This document shows positions 12,357 to 25,742 of a stretch of 64,000 bases of DNA, piece after piece. Source of the DNA: Octopus vulgaris (Eukaryota); the NCBI GenBank assembly GCA_951406725.2, contig OX597829.1, forward strand, positions 17,112,001-17,176,000. Direction: 5' to 3'. The notes under the pieces were generated by a model, which saw only the letters and a list, made by a program, of their open reading frames with translations, made no database searches and had not been told where the DNA came from. Both the position numbers and the translations under genes were made by a program. Within the stretch, counting starts at the first letter, position 1. Each line of letters opens with the position of its first letter.

Positions 12357-13629
12357 CACACATACATACATACATACATACATACATACATACATACATA
12401 CATACATACATACGTATATACATGGCATTTCAGTTTCAGTCATTTGACTGCAGCAATGCTGGAGGACCGCCTTTAGTCGAACAAATCGCCCCCAGGACAT
12501 ACCGCTAAGTTACGGGGAGGTAAACACACCAACATCGGTTGTCAAGCAATGGTGGGGTCAAGCACAGACACACACACAAATATATACATATACATATATA
12601 ATAATATAAATATATGCATATATACATACAAACGGCGGTGCATCAGCATGGCCGCAGCTCTGAGCTGAAACTAGAATTTAAAAAAATACATACATGTACA
12701 TACCTACATATATATGTATATATGGGTACAGGACATCAAAAAAAAAAAAAAAAAAACGTTGAACACAATGAGATACGAAAACATAAAAACAAGAACAAAG
12801 AAAACGAACTTTGTTTTTCGAACAATGAGAAAAACAAACAGAGAAACGAGACATACAACATAAAGAATATTCCTCTTCTTCAGTTGTCCCTGTCTCAACT
12901 ACTCCGCGTTCGAAGGCAAGGACAAATATATATACATATACGTGATGGGCTTCTTTCAGTTTCCGTCTACCAAATCCACTCACAAGGCCTTGGTCGCCCC
13001 GAGGCTTATAGCAGAAGATACTTGCCCAAGGGTACTACTACGCAGTGGGACTGAACCCGGAATAATGTAGTTGAGAAGCAATTTTCTTACCACACAACCA
13101 CTCTGCACCTATACAGAAACAGGAAGAGAGAGTGAGAGAACGTTGTGGCGAAAGAGTACAGCAGGGGTCACCACCACCCCCTGCCGGAGACTCGTGGAGC
13201 TTTAGGTGTTTTCACTCAATAAGCACACACAACGCCCGGTCTGGGAATCGAGACCACGATCCTCGGACAGCGAGTCCGCTGCTCTAACCACTGGGCCATT
13301 GCGCCTCCATGTATGGTGTGTATGCACATATATATAAACCGAAGAAAAAAAATCCACCTTCCTCTTCTCAAAAATCATAAGGGAAATTTTGCACTCCATT
13401 TGTGTGCCGCCAGAATTTTGAGTCTGCGAATCCATAAAATTGTCTTGTGCAGAGAGAGACGTTTAAACATTTTAAAAGTATTTTAATTATGAATTGCACG
13501 TGATTACTTTGTCTAAACTCCCTCAACATTCCATTCTGTCCTCACACGCACCTGCACATTGTTTTCAAGTCTCCCAAATAGGTTCATCCAAAAAACGTGA
13601 CCTCATCCCATTAATATGAAACAGCGTTA

Positions 13630-14137
13630 CAGTGGTGATGATGATGATGATGATAGTGACAGTGATGGTGATAATGAAGACGATGATGGTGATGATGATG
13701 ATGACGATAATGATGATGGTGATGCTGATAATGATGCTACTCATGATGGTGATGATGGTGATAATGAAGGCGATGATGGTGGTGACGATGATGATGATAA
13801 TGATGGTGGTGATGATGATGATGACGATAATGATAATGATGCTGCTCATGATGGTGATAATAATGGTGTTGGTGATGATGGTGCTGCCGATAATGATGAT
13901 GATGATGATGATGATGATGATAGTGACAATGATGCTGATGATAGCCGTGGTGGTAAAGTTACTGATGGTCTTGATAATGATGGTGATGATGATGATAATC
14001 ATAATAATAATAATAATAATAATAATAATAGTGACAGTGGTGGTGGTTAAAGTGTCTAAGGTGCAGCTGTTCCTGTGGTGATGGTGATGATGATGACGAT
14101 ATTCGTGGTGGTCGGCATAATGTAGGTGAGGTGGTTG

Positions 14138-14172
<35 letters not shown>

Positions 14173-14175
14173 CGG
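13630..14175. repeat. Degenerate (GAT/GGT/AAT)n trinucleotide tract, with a complementary (CAT)n tract at 14460-14610
   Basis: Seen directly. It explains the poly-D/M/I ORFs. Confidence 0.95.
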
Positions 14176-14689
14176 TGGATGTGGTTATAGTTTTATTTTC
14201 CGTACCCTAGGAAACTCAAACCAAAATCAACATAAAAGATAACATCTTCAACCCACCCAACTTAACTCCCCAACCCCCCTTTTTTTTTTACTCTTTCTAG
14301 CAACACACACACACACACACACACATACAAACACATACACATACACGTACACACACAGACACGGGCACACAAAGACATTCGCCATTCTGCAAGGAAGCAG
14401 AATTAAAGATATACGAGTAGAGCAAAGTTGTCAAAATTCTTGAAAATGTGTAAACCACCTCCACCATCACCACCGCCATGATCGTCATCATCGTTATCAT
14501 CATCATCATCATCGCCATCGTTGTCATCATCGACATCATTATCATTATCATCATCATCGCCATGATAGCCGTCATAGTCATCATTATCGTTATCATCATC
14601 ATCAACATCGACGACCCCCGCCCCTTCCAAAAACGGCAATACATCTGGTGCCGTTCAACATTTGTATACTTTATCTTTTATATTTTTTT

Positions 14690-15088
14690 CCTTCAGTCAT
14701 TAGACCGCGGTCATACTGGAGCATCGCCTTGAACAATATTTTAATCGAATGAATCGAACCCAGTACTTAGTTGTTGTTTTTTTTCTTAATCCCGGTACTT
14801 ATTCTAGCGGTTAGTTTTGCCGAATTGCTAAGTTACAGGGATATAAACACGCCAACACCGGTTATCAAGCGATGGTGGAGGACAAACACAGACACAAAGA
14901 TACCCCCACCCCGCACATACACACACACGTGAAGGGCTTCTTTCAGTTTCTGTCTGCCAAATTCACTCAGAGGGTTTGGTCAGCGCGATGTTCTATGATT
15001 GAAGACACTTGCCCAAGGTGCTACGCAATCGGACTTGAACCTGGGACCATGTGGTTGGGAAGCAAAAGTTCTTACCATACAGCCATTC
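14690..15088 (-). mobile_element. SINE family B, diverged
   Basis: Reverse-complement match. Confidence 0.75.
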
Positions 15089-15235
15089 CCACATATATAT
15101 AATATATTTTTTAGTTGAGCTCAAGGACTCATACGGTCGGCACTCAGTTTCTTTGGTGTATAAATGACGAAGGTGATAAATGACAAGTCAATTACATCGA
15201 CCCCAGCCCAACCCTCCAGTACTTGACAGCTACCC

Positions 15236-15605
15236 TCGAGCTAATCGACTTTTTCGTTTTCCACATGAAACGGAAAATAAGGCTGGAGAAGAAATGCCTG
15301 TCGCAAAGTGTGTTTCGTAAAAGATGGAAGTCTATAGCAAGTATGTTGCGAGTGAAAGAACCTGTTTAAACGAGAATGTAAAAAAAGGAGAAAGCAAAGT
15401 CTTCAGTGTGAGTATGTGGTTTGTGGGGTCGACCGCGTCCTCCGCTTCATTTTTTGTTAATCACTCATTTTCATTTAATTGTATATATTTTAATTGTTTG
15501 TTTAGTCATACGTTTCGTCTCATTCGATGCCCTGGCCCCAATGTTTCTTTTGTCTGTCCTCGTATCATCCCCTCTTTTTCTCAACCTTATGGTGAATAAA
15601 GAAAT
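15236..15605 (+). mobile_element. 5'-truncated copy of the same LINE 3' end
   Basis: Closely matches about 29057-29398. Confidence 0.75.
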
Positions 15606-15800
15606 ACTCTATTTTATCGACTCCGAAGAAATGAAAAGCAGAGATGACCTCGGGAGGATTTGAACTCAAACCTTAAAGAGCCACCGGAAGAAATACTACC
15701 ACGAAATTAGTCTGTCGCGCTAACAATTCTGCTAGCTTGCCGTTTTATTCAGAAAGCGTATAGTTCCTGAGCGAGGTATAGACAATAACTGCATAACATC

Positions 15801-15938
15801 GTGAAGTATATTTGCCACCTAAATGTGGCTAACCCTTAAGGGTTGATGCTACTGGAGGAGATGTCTTCCTGGGGCTACAAGCTACAGTAGCATCAACCCT
15901 TAAGGGTTAGCCACATTTAGGTGGCAAATATACTTCAC
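15801..15938. repeat. Perfect inverted repeat with 54-bp arms and a 30-nt loop
   Basis: 15801-15854 is the exact reverse complement of 15885-15938. Confidence 0.97.
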
Positions 15939-16099
15939 AAAGCGTGTTGATACTTTGAATCTTGTAAATGCAAATAATACTTATTATACGATTGATATAT
16001 TTGTTTCAACAGATATTTTTTTTCCTATACGAAAGTGTTCAATAACTTCAAGACATTTTCAGCATAAAATGAGTAAAAAAAAAATCAAATAAATAAATT

Positions 16100-16252
16100 C
16101 TGGCTATATGATAAGAAGCCTGTTTCCCAACCACATGGTTCCGGGTTCAGTCCCACTGCGTGACACCTTCGGCAAGTGTCTTCTATTATAGCCTCGGACC
16201 GACCAAAGCCTTGTGAGAAGATTTAGTAGACGGAAACTGAAAGAAACCTGTC

Positions 16253-16294
<42 letters not shown>

Positions 16295-16522
16295 GGGCGG
16301 TCTTTGAGTTTGTGCTTGTCCTTCCTCACCCTATCACTGCTTGACAACTGGTGTTGATGTGTTTACGTCTCCGTAACTTAGCGGTTCGACAAAAGAGACC
16401 AATAGAATAAGTACTAGGCTTACAAAGAATAAGTTCTGGGGGGCGATTTGTTCGGCTAAAACCCTATATATAAGGCAGTGCTCCAGCATGGCTGCTGTCA
16501 AATGGCTGAAACAAGTAAAAGA
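16100..16522 (+). mobile_element. SINE family B
   Basis: Sequence match. Confidence 0.8.
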
Positions 16523-18343
16523 ATATCAAAATTAGAGAGAGAGAGAGAGAGAGAAAATGGAGAGAGCGTATGTGTGTGTGTGTGTGTGTGCATCTGTTCT
16601 TGTTGTTGATTGCAGATTTTACTACTCATCAACACCTGATCAGTTTTTTGTGGCGATGGCGGGTGGTGGTATGCTGCATGTACCAAGAAACACTTCTTTA
16701 TTTCTAAGTTCCATCGATCCCATTCCGCTGCAGTTCAGTTCTCAGTTTTTGCTGAACGTCAATAGTTTTATGGATTGGCGTTTTAAAATCCTTTACTGTT
16801 TAGAACACGATTTTTTTTTTCGGGTGGTAAGACATACGGCTTTGAAAGCTTTCTCGTCTGAACTCTTTCGACGAATGATATCTCATTTGTACTACGGTAC
16901 AAGGTCAGGCCAGACAGTCCTTCCTTCCTTCCTTTCTCTTTCTTTCCTTCTTTCTTTCTTCCTTCCTCTCTCTCTTTCTTTCCTTCTTTCTTCCTTCGTT
17001 CCTCCCTCTCTCTCTTACTTTCCTTCGTTCCTCCCTCTCTCTCTTACTTTCCTTCGTTCCTCTCTCTTTCTCTCTTCCCCCCTCTCTCCTTCCTTTCGTT
17101 CCTTTCTCTCTTTCTCTTCTCTCTCTTTCTTTCTTTCTTTCATTCCTCTCTTTCTTTCTCTCTTTCTTTCATTCCTCTCTTTCTTTCTCTCTTTCTTTCT
17201 TCCTTCCTTTCTTTTACACAACTGAAATATAACTCAAACTGACGATTCTTTCAAGTGACAATTCCTCCTTGCAGCTTAGAATCGATACTTATCACTTGAA
17301 AGGAGATAAAAAGACTAAGCTGAGCTCAGCCGGATTCGAACACAATGTACTAGAGAGACAGCGAGACAAATGCCACTTTCTAATAACATGAACAAAAAGC
17401 GGTGGATCTCCGTCGTTCGACGAAGCAGCTTCAAATGTTCACTCAACTAAATTGCGTCCTGAATTAACTTGTAAGTGGTTGAGCGTTGAAAGAGATACAC
17501 GTAAACTTAATGAAACCGTCCGGTAGAATCAGCGTGACACAGTGTGTATGACAAAACCGAATCGTTTGAATTATGGATATAGGATATAATCATGATCAGA
17601 CTTTTCATTCATGTTTACGGGCTGTGGGATAAGGTTGTTTATATATATATGGAGGCGGTCTTTGAGTGATTGAGTAATGAGTGTATGGAATGAATGAGTG
17701 AGTCAGTGAGTGATGATTGTGCGGCGTGACGGAGTGAATGGTTGAGTGATAAGAATTTTAAAATCATATATTAATATATTCGTAATTTTCCCTAAACAAT
17801 TAGATTCTTCCTTTAATTTTTTTAACTTAGCGATTCGGCAAAAGTAACCGATAGAATTTAAGTGCCAGGCTTAAAAAAAAAAGTCCTGGGGTAGATTTGG
17901 GGTTAGACTAAAAACCCTTCAAGGTGGTGCCCCAGCATGGCCGCAGTTTGAAACAAGTAAAAGAAATAGAAGAAATGTGGTTTGAGTCAAGATTGAACTC
18001 GCAGACCTTTTAATATATTATACAGGCTTTCCAACGAAATTTTATCCGTTTTGGGGCTTAAGCACAAGCAAGGAGGTACTCCTGTATTAGCAATGGATTA
18101 ATGGATTTCAAGAGAAAGAGGTGTGTTGAGAGGGAGCGGGTATGGCGGACATGGTGAACTTTTGAAGTCGCCGTGTATGATTATAGCACAAAGACTTAGA
18201 AGAGACGTTTGACCTACGACCTTTTGAAACAGGAAGTGACGTGTTATTGATCTTTGTTGAGGAACATTCAGTGGGAGATATATTAGGAGGGAGGGGGCAT
18301 GAAAGAAGAGGAAGACAGAGTTAGAGAGAGAGAGAGATGTGAG

Positions 18344-18374
<31 letters not shown>

Positions 18375-18924
18375 GGAGGAGAGATGAAAGAATGAATGAA
18401 TTAATGAATGAAAGGAAGAAAGATAAAGAAACAGCGACAGAGAGAAAGGGTGGAAAAAATGAACACAAAGAAAGCAAAAGAAAAAAAAAGGAGGAAAGAA
18501 ATAATTCTAGAAAGAAACGGAAGATAGGGTAGAAGAAAAGGAAAGAAACGAAAGAAAAGAAAGAGAAGCACAGAGAAGAAAGAAAGACTTAAACACAAAG
18601 TAAAGAGAAAAATCAGAGAAAAAAGAAAAAGAATTAAGCAAGGATCGTTAAGTATATAAATATATACGTCTATCCTTCCATCTACCCCTTTCTTTCTCTC
18701 CATACACCCCAATATATTTGGCACTGAATTTGATGCGAAGTGTTTAGCAGGGAGTAAAGGGTGCGTAAGTGAGGGGTAGAGGGAATTAGTGAATGTAGGA
18801 AGCAGGGTGGGCAAGTATGTCGGGTGAAGAATTAGGGTTAGAGAGAGGCAGAGGGTAGGGAATAAGGGCTTTGGTGAGGTTAAGTAAATATGGCTTTTAA
18901 AATTTTTGCAAGACGTGGCGAATG

Positions 18925-19500
18925 AGGTGAGTGAGTGAGTGAGTGGAATGGAGTGAATGAGTGATGAGTGTGTGAAGTGAGTGAGTGAATGAGCAAGTAT
19001 GTGATTAATTGATTGAGTGGAATTGAGTGAATGAGTGATGAGTGCGTGAAGTGAGTGAGAGAACAAGCAAGTATGTGATTGATTGAATAGAATGGAGTGA
19101 ATGAGTGATGAGTGTGAAGTGAGTGAGTGAATAAGCAAGTATGTGATTGATTGATTGAGTGGAATGGAATGAATGAGTGGTGAGTGTATGAAGTGAGTGG
19201 ATGAATGAGCAAGTATGAGGCTGAGTGAGTGAGTGGAACGGAGTGATGAGTGTGCGAATGAGTGACTGAGTGAATGATAGCATGAAGGATTGAGTGATTA
19301 GGGCATGGAGTGACTTAGTGAATGATAAAGTGAGTGATTGAGTAATGAGTGTATGGAATGAATGGGTGAGTCGGTGAGTGATGATTGTGCAGAGAAGACG
19401 GAGTGAATGGCTGAGTGATAAGAGTCTGGAATGATTTGAGAGGATGAGTGAGTGACTGAACGATGTGTGTGTGGAGTGAGTGATTGAGTGTATATGTGTG
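18925..19500. repeat. (TGAG/TGAA)n satellite with a ~60-75-bp higher-order unit
   Basis: GCAAGTATGTGATT and GAGTGATGAGTG blocks recur. Confidence 0.85.
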
Positions 19501-19923
19501 AGCATGATGTGTGTATAGAGCGACTGCGCAAATTAGGAAAAGAGTAAGTGGAGGAATTTGTATGCGTATAAGTCAGTATTTCTCAATCAATTTTTGTCTA
19601 CGGCCCCCTTTGAGATGCTATTTTATTATGGTGGACCCCAAAAGCCATTCAATGTTTAAAAACTAGTTTTATATATGCTTCTTTCAAAATTTATATTTTG
19701 GTTTTCACTCATTGTGAAGGTTGAACATCAGAGAAAGAGACTTAATTGTTTCATGCAATTAATACAATTTTATCATGGACCCTTAAAATACTACTGTGGA
19801 TCCCCAATTTACTGTTTTGCGTATGTGAACCTCCGCCCCCCTCTCTCTCACACACACACAAAGACCCTATATGGACCCCTAGAAATTGTATGGATTTTGG
19901 TTGAGACCCGCTAGTGTAAATGA

Positions 19924-19958
<35 letters not shown>

Positions 19959-20005
19959 TGTGTGTGTGCGTGAGTAAGTAACGGAGTGTGTGCATGTGTG
20001 AATTT

Positions 20006-20231
20006 GAACTGGCAGAAACGTTAAGCACGCCGGACGAAATGCGTGGCCGTATTTCGTCTGCAGTTACCTTTCTAGTTCAAATTCCGCCGAGGTCGACTTT
20101 GCCTTTCATCCTTTCGGAGTCGATAAATTAAGAACCAGTTTCGCACTGGGGTCGATGTAATCGACTTAATCCTTTTGTCTGTCCTTGTTTTTCCCCTCTG
20201 TGTTTATCCCCTTGTGGGCAGTAAAGAAATA
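20006..20231 (+). mobile_element. SINE family A
   Basis: Matches 46568-46801. Confidence 0.85.
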
Positions 20232-21103
20232 TATATTAGAGAATGAATGAGTGCTGGCTGTGAGTGTATGTGTGTATGTGAGTAAGTATGTGAGTGATTG
20301 ATTGAACGAAAGAGTAAATGTGAGTGTGAGTCAAAGAGTTTGTGAGAACGTGTGAGTGAGTGAGTGAGTGAGTGAGTGAATGCCTGTGTGTGTGAGTGAA
20401 CGTATGAGCGCGTAAGAGGATGAGATTGTTTGCATGTGTAAGTGCGAATGTGTAGATGGATGGAGTCGGACAAAAAGACCGAGAATCAGATAGTTGGATA
20501 GATATAGAGAGGGAGAGAGAAAGAGTGTCAATAACAAATGATTCTGAGGGCAAAAATTTAGTAAATAACATGATCAATCATTAAATAAACAGATCAATAC
20601 ATAAATATATACTTTATGGAGGGAGAGAGATACTTGGGGGTGGGGGAATTGAAGACTATCTCATTACGAAAGAACATTCGTCAAATTTTGGTAATATTCT
20701 CTTCAGGAATCCAATCCTTACTTTATTTTGCACATGAAAAAATAAATGAAAAGCTTTTGAATTGAACACGAATCAATAAATATTTAAGCCATTTTATGAT
20801 TAAATAGTTTTGGTGAACTAAGTGTTAGAAAGAAGATCCCTTCTTAGAGTGCGGTGGGATATTTGAAGGGGTAGTGGGTGAGGAGGTTTACTATTCCTTC
20901 CTTAGGGATATGTGGAGAAGCTAAGGAGGAAGATGAGGAACCTTTCTTTCTGGTGGCGGAAAGCAGAGGATCTAAAAAAAATGACACGCTAGGAAATGAG
21001 AAATAAATCGTTCAGACTGCTAACCTACGGCCGGTTATTCCAGTATTCACACTGCGACAAGTATTTTCTGTCACACACATGGACTGTCCGAACGGAAGTT
21101 CGT

Positions 21104-21157
<54 letters not shown>

Positions 21158-21477
21158 AATGTTCAATGGAGAAGTAACCAGAAGTCGCATAAAAGTCGAC
21201 GGAATCAGTGATCACACTTCTGCGGAAGTTAATTCCGGGGAGAACATAAGAAAAATTGAAAATAGAGGCAAACACTCCGGATGTTATTAAATCATTTATA
21301 TCTTAATATCATCGATATATATGTTTTGATGGATGCATTCAAAATATACACCCGACAGTATGAATAATGTGGAGCAAGGCATCCATCGGAAGGAACCTAT
21401 GTCGATGATATGAAGATATGATTTAAAAACATCTTGAGCGTTTGTCTCCCATTTTCAATTTTTCCTATATATATATG

Positions 21478-21778
21478 TCACTGTGACCACCGTGACCGAC
21501 CAGGCTATCAGATGTTGCTACACATCGCTGGTCACAATGCACTTCGCATTGTTTTAGCCTTCAAATGACGCCACCCCGCTGGCTAAGCAAGCAAGCCAAC
21601 AGAAGAAAGAGTGAGAGAAAGTTGTGGCAAAAGAGTACAGCAGGGATCGTCACCAGCCCTTGCCGGAGCCTCGTGGAGCTTTAGGTGTTTTTCGTTCAAT
21701 AAACACTCACAACGCCAGGTCTGGGAATCGAAACCGCGATCCTACAACCGCGAGTCCGCTGCCCTAACCACTGAGCCA
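21478..21778 (-). mobile_element. tRNA(Arg-like)-headed SINE family D
   Basis: Minus-strand head TGGCTCAGTGGTTAGGGCAGCGGACTCGCGG...GGTTTCGATTCCC with A/B boxes. Partial copies are at 13115-13308, 39937-40120, 43092-43187 and 47889-48030. Confidence 0.8.
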
Positions 21779-22219
21779 TATATATATATATATATATGTA
21801 AACTATGTGTTATAATTGAAAGGCTCCATATACACACATGTGTGTGTGTGTGTGTTGTAATTTGTCCACTTCCACCACCATTCAGAGAATTGGAGTCGAG
21901 TTATCTGACTCAGTGGTTCTGAACCATTTTTTTCTTTTTACGTATGAACTTCTTTGATTTCTATTTTACTCGAGTGGATATCCTCGCAGCCACTAAATCT
22001 TATTAAAAAAATCTCGTTTAAAATCCCATTATACCTTTTATAATTAAATATTTTATTGGGAATTATATAGAAAAAAATTGTTAAAGTATTTTGTGTGTTG
22101 TACCAGTATAACCAATTTATTACACATATTTTAAACAAGGGCCATTGGGCCCCGGTTGAAAACAACCGAACTAAAAAAGAACCCTTAAAGACGGTGCCCC
22201 AACATGGCCGCAGTTCACG

Positions 22220-22631
22220 GGATCTTTTCGGTTTGAACAACAGTTTTTAAAAATAATTTCCAAGTAACTAAACACTTTTAAACTTCGTATACTGGTAGAA
22301 TGTGTTTATAAAACATCTTTTTCTCTTGGCTTTATTGAGAAAATTCTATAGTTTGTAAGATATTTGTTGTTTTTTTTCTTCAATTTCTGCAATTTCAACC
22401 AATCAATGACGTATATTGAGGTGAAAACATTTTGTGCCGTATGAATATGTCCCTCGTTTAAGAAACATATTGGGTTTATTTACACTTGTGAAGAAAAAAA
22501 GATACCCTTCTTCCCACCCCTAACCCTAAAACAGATTGAAATGCAATAAGATCGATACTAGGGTCATAATTATGGGTGACAATTTTATATGACACCGCTA
22601 GAAAAAACTGCCGGTCAAACCGAAAAGATTC
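22220..22631 (+). mobile_element. MITE family 1 (TIR GGATCTTTTCGGTTTGA)
   Basis: TIRs are present at both ends (right end degenerate). It is highly similar to 24442-24865, but no TSD is recognisable. Confidence 0.85.
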
Positions 22632-22811
22632 ATAAAACGATAAAAAGATAAATGTTTAAGTACTAGTTTATTTTATCGAATTGGGAAGGTTAAAAGGTAA
22701 AATCGACTTCCACGGGTGTGATTTGAACTCAGGGTGACGCAATAGAATATACCGCAGAAGGTACTTTCCTTTCCCCCGCTCCTGCCGTTAAGTCTTACCT
22801 AGCTACCTTAC

Positions 22812-22823
22812 CGACTCAGCCAT
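22812..22823 (-). CDS. Candidate alternative first coding exon end (MAES), phase 0
   Basis: ATG GCT GAG TCG|GTAAGG lies at the end of about 1.2 kb of non-TE pyrimidine-rich sequence that follows a CpG-rich promoter-like block. It is frame-compatible with HES exon 2. Confidence 0.4.
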
Positions 22824-24010
22824 AAATTAAGAAACAGGCGGAAGTGTGGATGGTGGGGGTGGTGTGGTGGTGTTATTCGTGATGTGGAAGTAGGAAGTAG
22901 GAAGTAGGAAAACTCGATTCTCTGTTGCAGTGGAGAGAGAAAGAAAGAGAGAGAGGGAGGGGGAAGAATAGGAAAAATGAGAAAGAAACGAGGGGCGGGG
23001 AGCATTAGAGAGAAAGGCGTTAATACAAAAGACAGAGGAGGAAAGGGTAAAAGATGAGGGCGAGAAGAAGAAGAGGAAAAAGAAAAAAAAATGAGAAAGT
23101 TGTGTCGAAGGGGTGAGGGTGGGGGTGGTGGGACCCAAGAAAGAAAAGTGGAAGAAGTAGAAAGGAGTAAGTAGAGGGATGGTGGGAGGATGAGAAAGAT
23201 AAAACAGGGGGGGGAAGAGTATTTAAAAGAAGATAGTGAAGTGGTGATGGTGGTGAGGAGGGGGGGAGATAGGCGGGAATTCAGTAAAATACATAAATAA
23301 AGAAGAGACTAAAGGCTGAAAGGAGGGGGTGGGAGGGGGAGGAGGAAGAGAAAATAAAGAAAAAAAAAGGAAAGGTAGAGTGAGAGGGGAAGGAAGAAGG
23401 GAGGGTTGGTGGTGGGGTGGTGGGGGTGAAATAGACAAGCCGTGGTTTGTTTGATTTGTTAGTCGAGTTTGTTGCTAGGTAGTGACGGACTTGTAGCGAT
23501 GGTGGTGATGGCGGTGGGAAGAGGAATATGTATAGGTCGGGGTGTTGAATAAGATGGATGGTTTGCGTTGAGTAGGGGGTGGAGGGTAGGCTGTGGCAGA
23601 GTATGGAGGGGTGTGTGTGATGCAGGGTGAAGGGAGGGAAACATCACGGGGGTAGGTTTAGAGAGGGATGGGTATTTGTGAAGCTGGTGGTGGTGGTGGT
23701 GGTGGTTGGAAAGTGAGTTAGGGAAGGAAGAAAAAGGATGATTAGTTAGCGGGGAGGCGGAGAAAGGGGACTGAAAAAAAAAAAAAGGAAGCGGGTGAAG
23801 GAGGAGGAAGACCGGGTGGCAGAAGATGGTGGGATAAAGAAAGGGAAGCAATAGAGAAGGAGGGTTGGTAGGGCGGGCGGACGGGTGGAAAGAAGATATA
23901 AAAATGCTGGACGGACGGAGTGGGAAGAGATGTAACATCGGAAGGGTTTTCATAGCGGGGTCGGTCGGTTAGTTTAAGTTCTCTGATCCCTTCTTTCCAC
24001 CCCCCCATCA

Positions 24011-24044
<34 letters not shown>

Positions 24045-24053
<9 letters not shown>

Positions 24054-24235
24054 TCGTGCTCTGAATATTCGGTTTATTAGGCCCAGCCAGCCAGCTGGAC
24101 CGCCGGTCGATCTGTCAATCTCGTTTGGTCCCGTCTACTGATGCCTTCTTCACACATCATGCCAAGCCTGGTGGCTAAAGCGAGTCTGTTTCCCCTTTTC
24201 GCGGTGTATTGGCATGTCACGTCACGAGTATGGAA
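24045..24235 (-). promoter_or_regulatory. Candidate internal promoter or enhancer
   Basis: Unique CpG-rich sequence beside a (CT)n tract. It contains N-boxes CACGAG (24053-24058 minus, 24223-24228 plus), CCAAT (24208-24212 minus), a CRE-like TGACGTGA (24217-24224 minus), an E-box CAGCTG (24092-24097) and TAATAAA (24073-24079 minus). Confidence 0.45.
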
Positions 24236-24441
24236 GAATAAAAGCTATCGGAATTCCATTAGCTTTAAGAATAAGGCTAATGGATGGATCTCCGTCGCAT
24301 TCGATGAGGAGTATTCTGATTCGCTCAACTGACTTTACCTCCTCAGTGAATTAGCATGTTACCTCTTTTATTTGTTTCAGTTATTAAGCGCATGGCTTAA
24401 TGGTTAGGGTGTTGCACTCATGAAAGTGAGATAGTGGTTTC

Positions 24442-24865
24442 GGATCTTTTCGGTTTGAATGGCAGTTTTTAAAAATAATTTCCACGTAACTAAACACTTT
24501 TAAACTTCGTATACTGGTAGAATGTGTTTATAAAACATCTTTTTCTCTTGGCTTTATTGAGGAAAATTCTATAGTTTGTAAGATATTTGTTGGGTTTTTT
24601 CTTCAATTTCTGTAATTTCAACCAATCAATGACGTCTATTGAGGTAAAAAAAAACATTCTGTGCCGTATGAATATGTCCCTCATTTAAGAAACAGATTGG
24701 GTTTATTTACATTTCTGAAGAAAAAAAAGATGCCCTTCCTCCCACCCCTAACCCTAACCTTAAAACAGATTGAAATGCAATAGATCGATACTAGGGTCAT
24801 AATTATGGGTGACAATTTCATATGACACCGCTAGAAAAAAACTGCCGTTCAAACCGAAAAGATCC
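24442..24865 (+). mobile_element. MITE family 1 with 8-bp TSD GTGGTTTC (Merlin-like termini)
   Basis: About 29-bp TIRs, GGATCTTTTCGGTTTGAA...TTCAAACCGAAAAGATCC. The TSD is at 24434-24441 and 24866-24873. It interrupts a tRNA-headed SINE. Confidence 0.92.
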
Positions 24866-25469
24866 GTGGTTTCAATTTGCTCTTACGCAAAGCACTTCAT
24901 CTCGCGTTGCTCGGCGATCACTTCGACACCTGATGCATGGTAAACCGTGCACCTGTTGAGACAAAGTTGATTTGATGGAGAGAGCGAGCTAATGTACAAT
25001 ACATTCGATCACTATAAACAAATCATTTGTGCCGGTCATAAACGAATCGTCTTCGAAGGGAGAGTTAAAGAAGAGGAAGAAGTGTAATCGAATCTGTTCG
25101 TGTGTTATTTATTATTGGCGTAATGACTCATCCAAGATACAGCAAAATTTATTTCAACTCAGAATATTAATGATAATCACTGATAAATATAAGGAGTTTT
25201 AAAGTTTTGTAAGTGGTTGCTTTTCTTCTTTCTTTTTTTTCTTCTTTTACGTATTTCAGTCAACTGACTGCAGCCATGCTGGAGCACCGCCTTGAAAGGA
25301 TTTTAGTCGAAAAAATCGGACCCAGGACTTATTTGTTAAGCCTAGAACTTATTCAATTGGTTTCTTTTGCCGAGCCGCTAAGTTACGAGGACGTAAACAC
25401 ACCAACTGGTTGTCAAGTGATGCTGGGAGGGAGGGGGAGTATAAACACGGACACACACACACACACATA

Positions 25470-25742
25470 CGTGGTCTGATCAATAAGTATCTAGACTGTT
25501 GCTATAGTAACGCTACTAAAGCACGCAGAGTAAAACCGCTGGACACAGATTGACCTAGAACTCTGCTGTGCATGCACACTAAATTTTAACTTTCTTGCTC
25601 ACTTCCGCTGTTTACAGCAGTGCTTGGAAGGAAGGTGTGTAGCGTGTGATCGTCGCATTGACTATGGCAGAAAAAGTGGCTTCATTCTGCGTGCTTTAGA
25701 TTCGTTACTATGGCAACAGTCCGGATACTTATTGAAAATACC

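Noticed and set aside
16557-17225. 222-aa ORF
   Set aside because: It starts and ends in microsatellites, and the middle has no recognisable domain or splice-bounded exon.
21700-21778. tRNA gene
   Set aside because: The tRNA-like segment is the head of a multi-copy SINE and lacks a complete cloverleaf.
24090-24145. miR-133-like TTTGGTCCC with upstream AGCTGG
   Set aside because: The match stops after 9 nt and I see no complementary arm.
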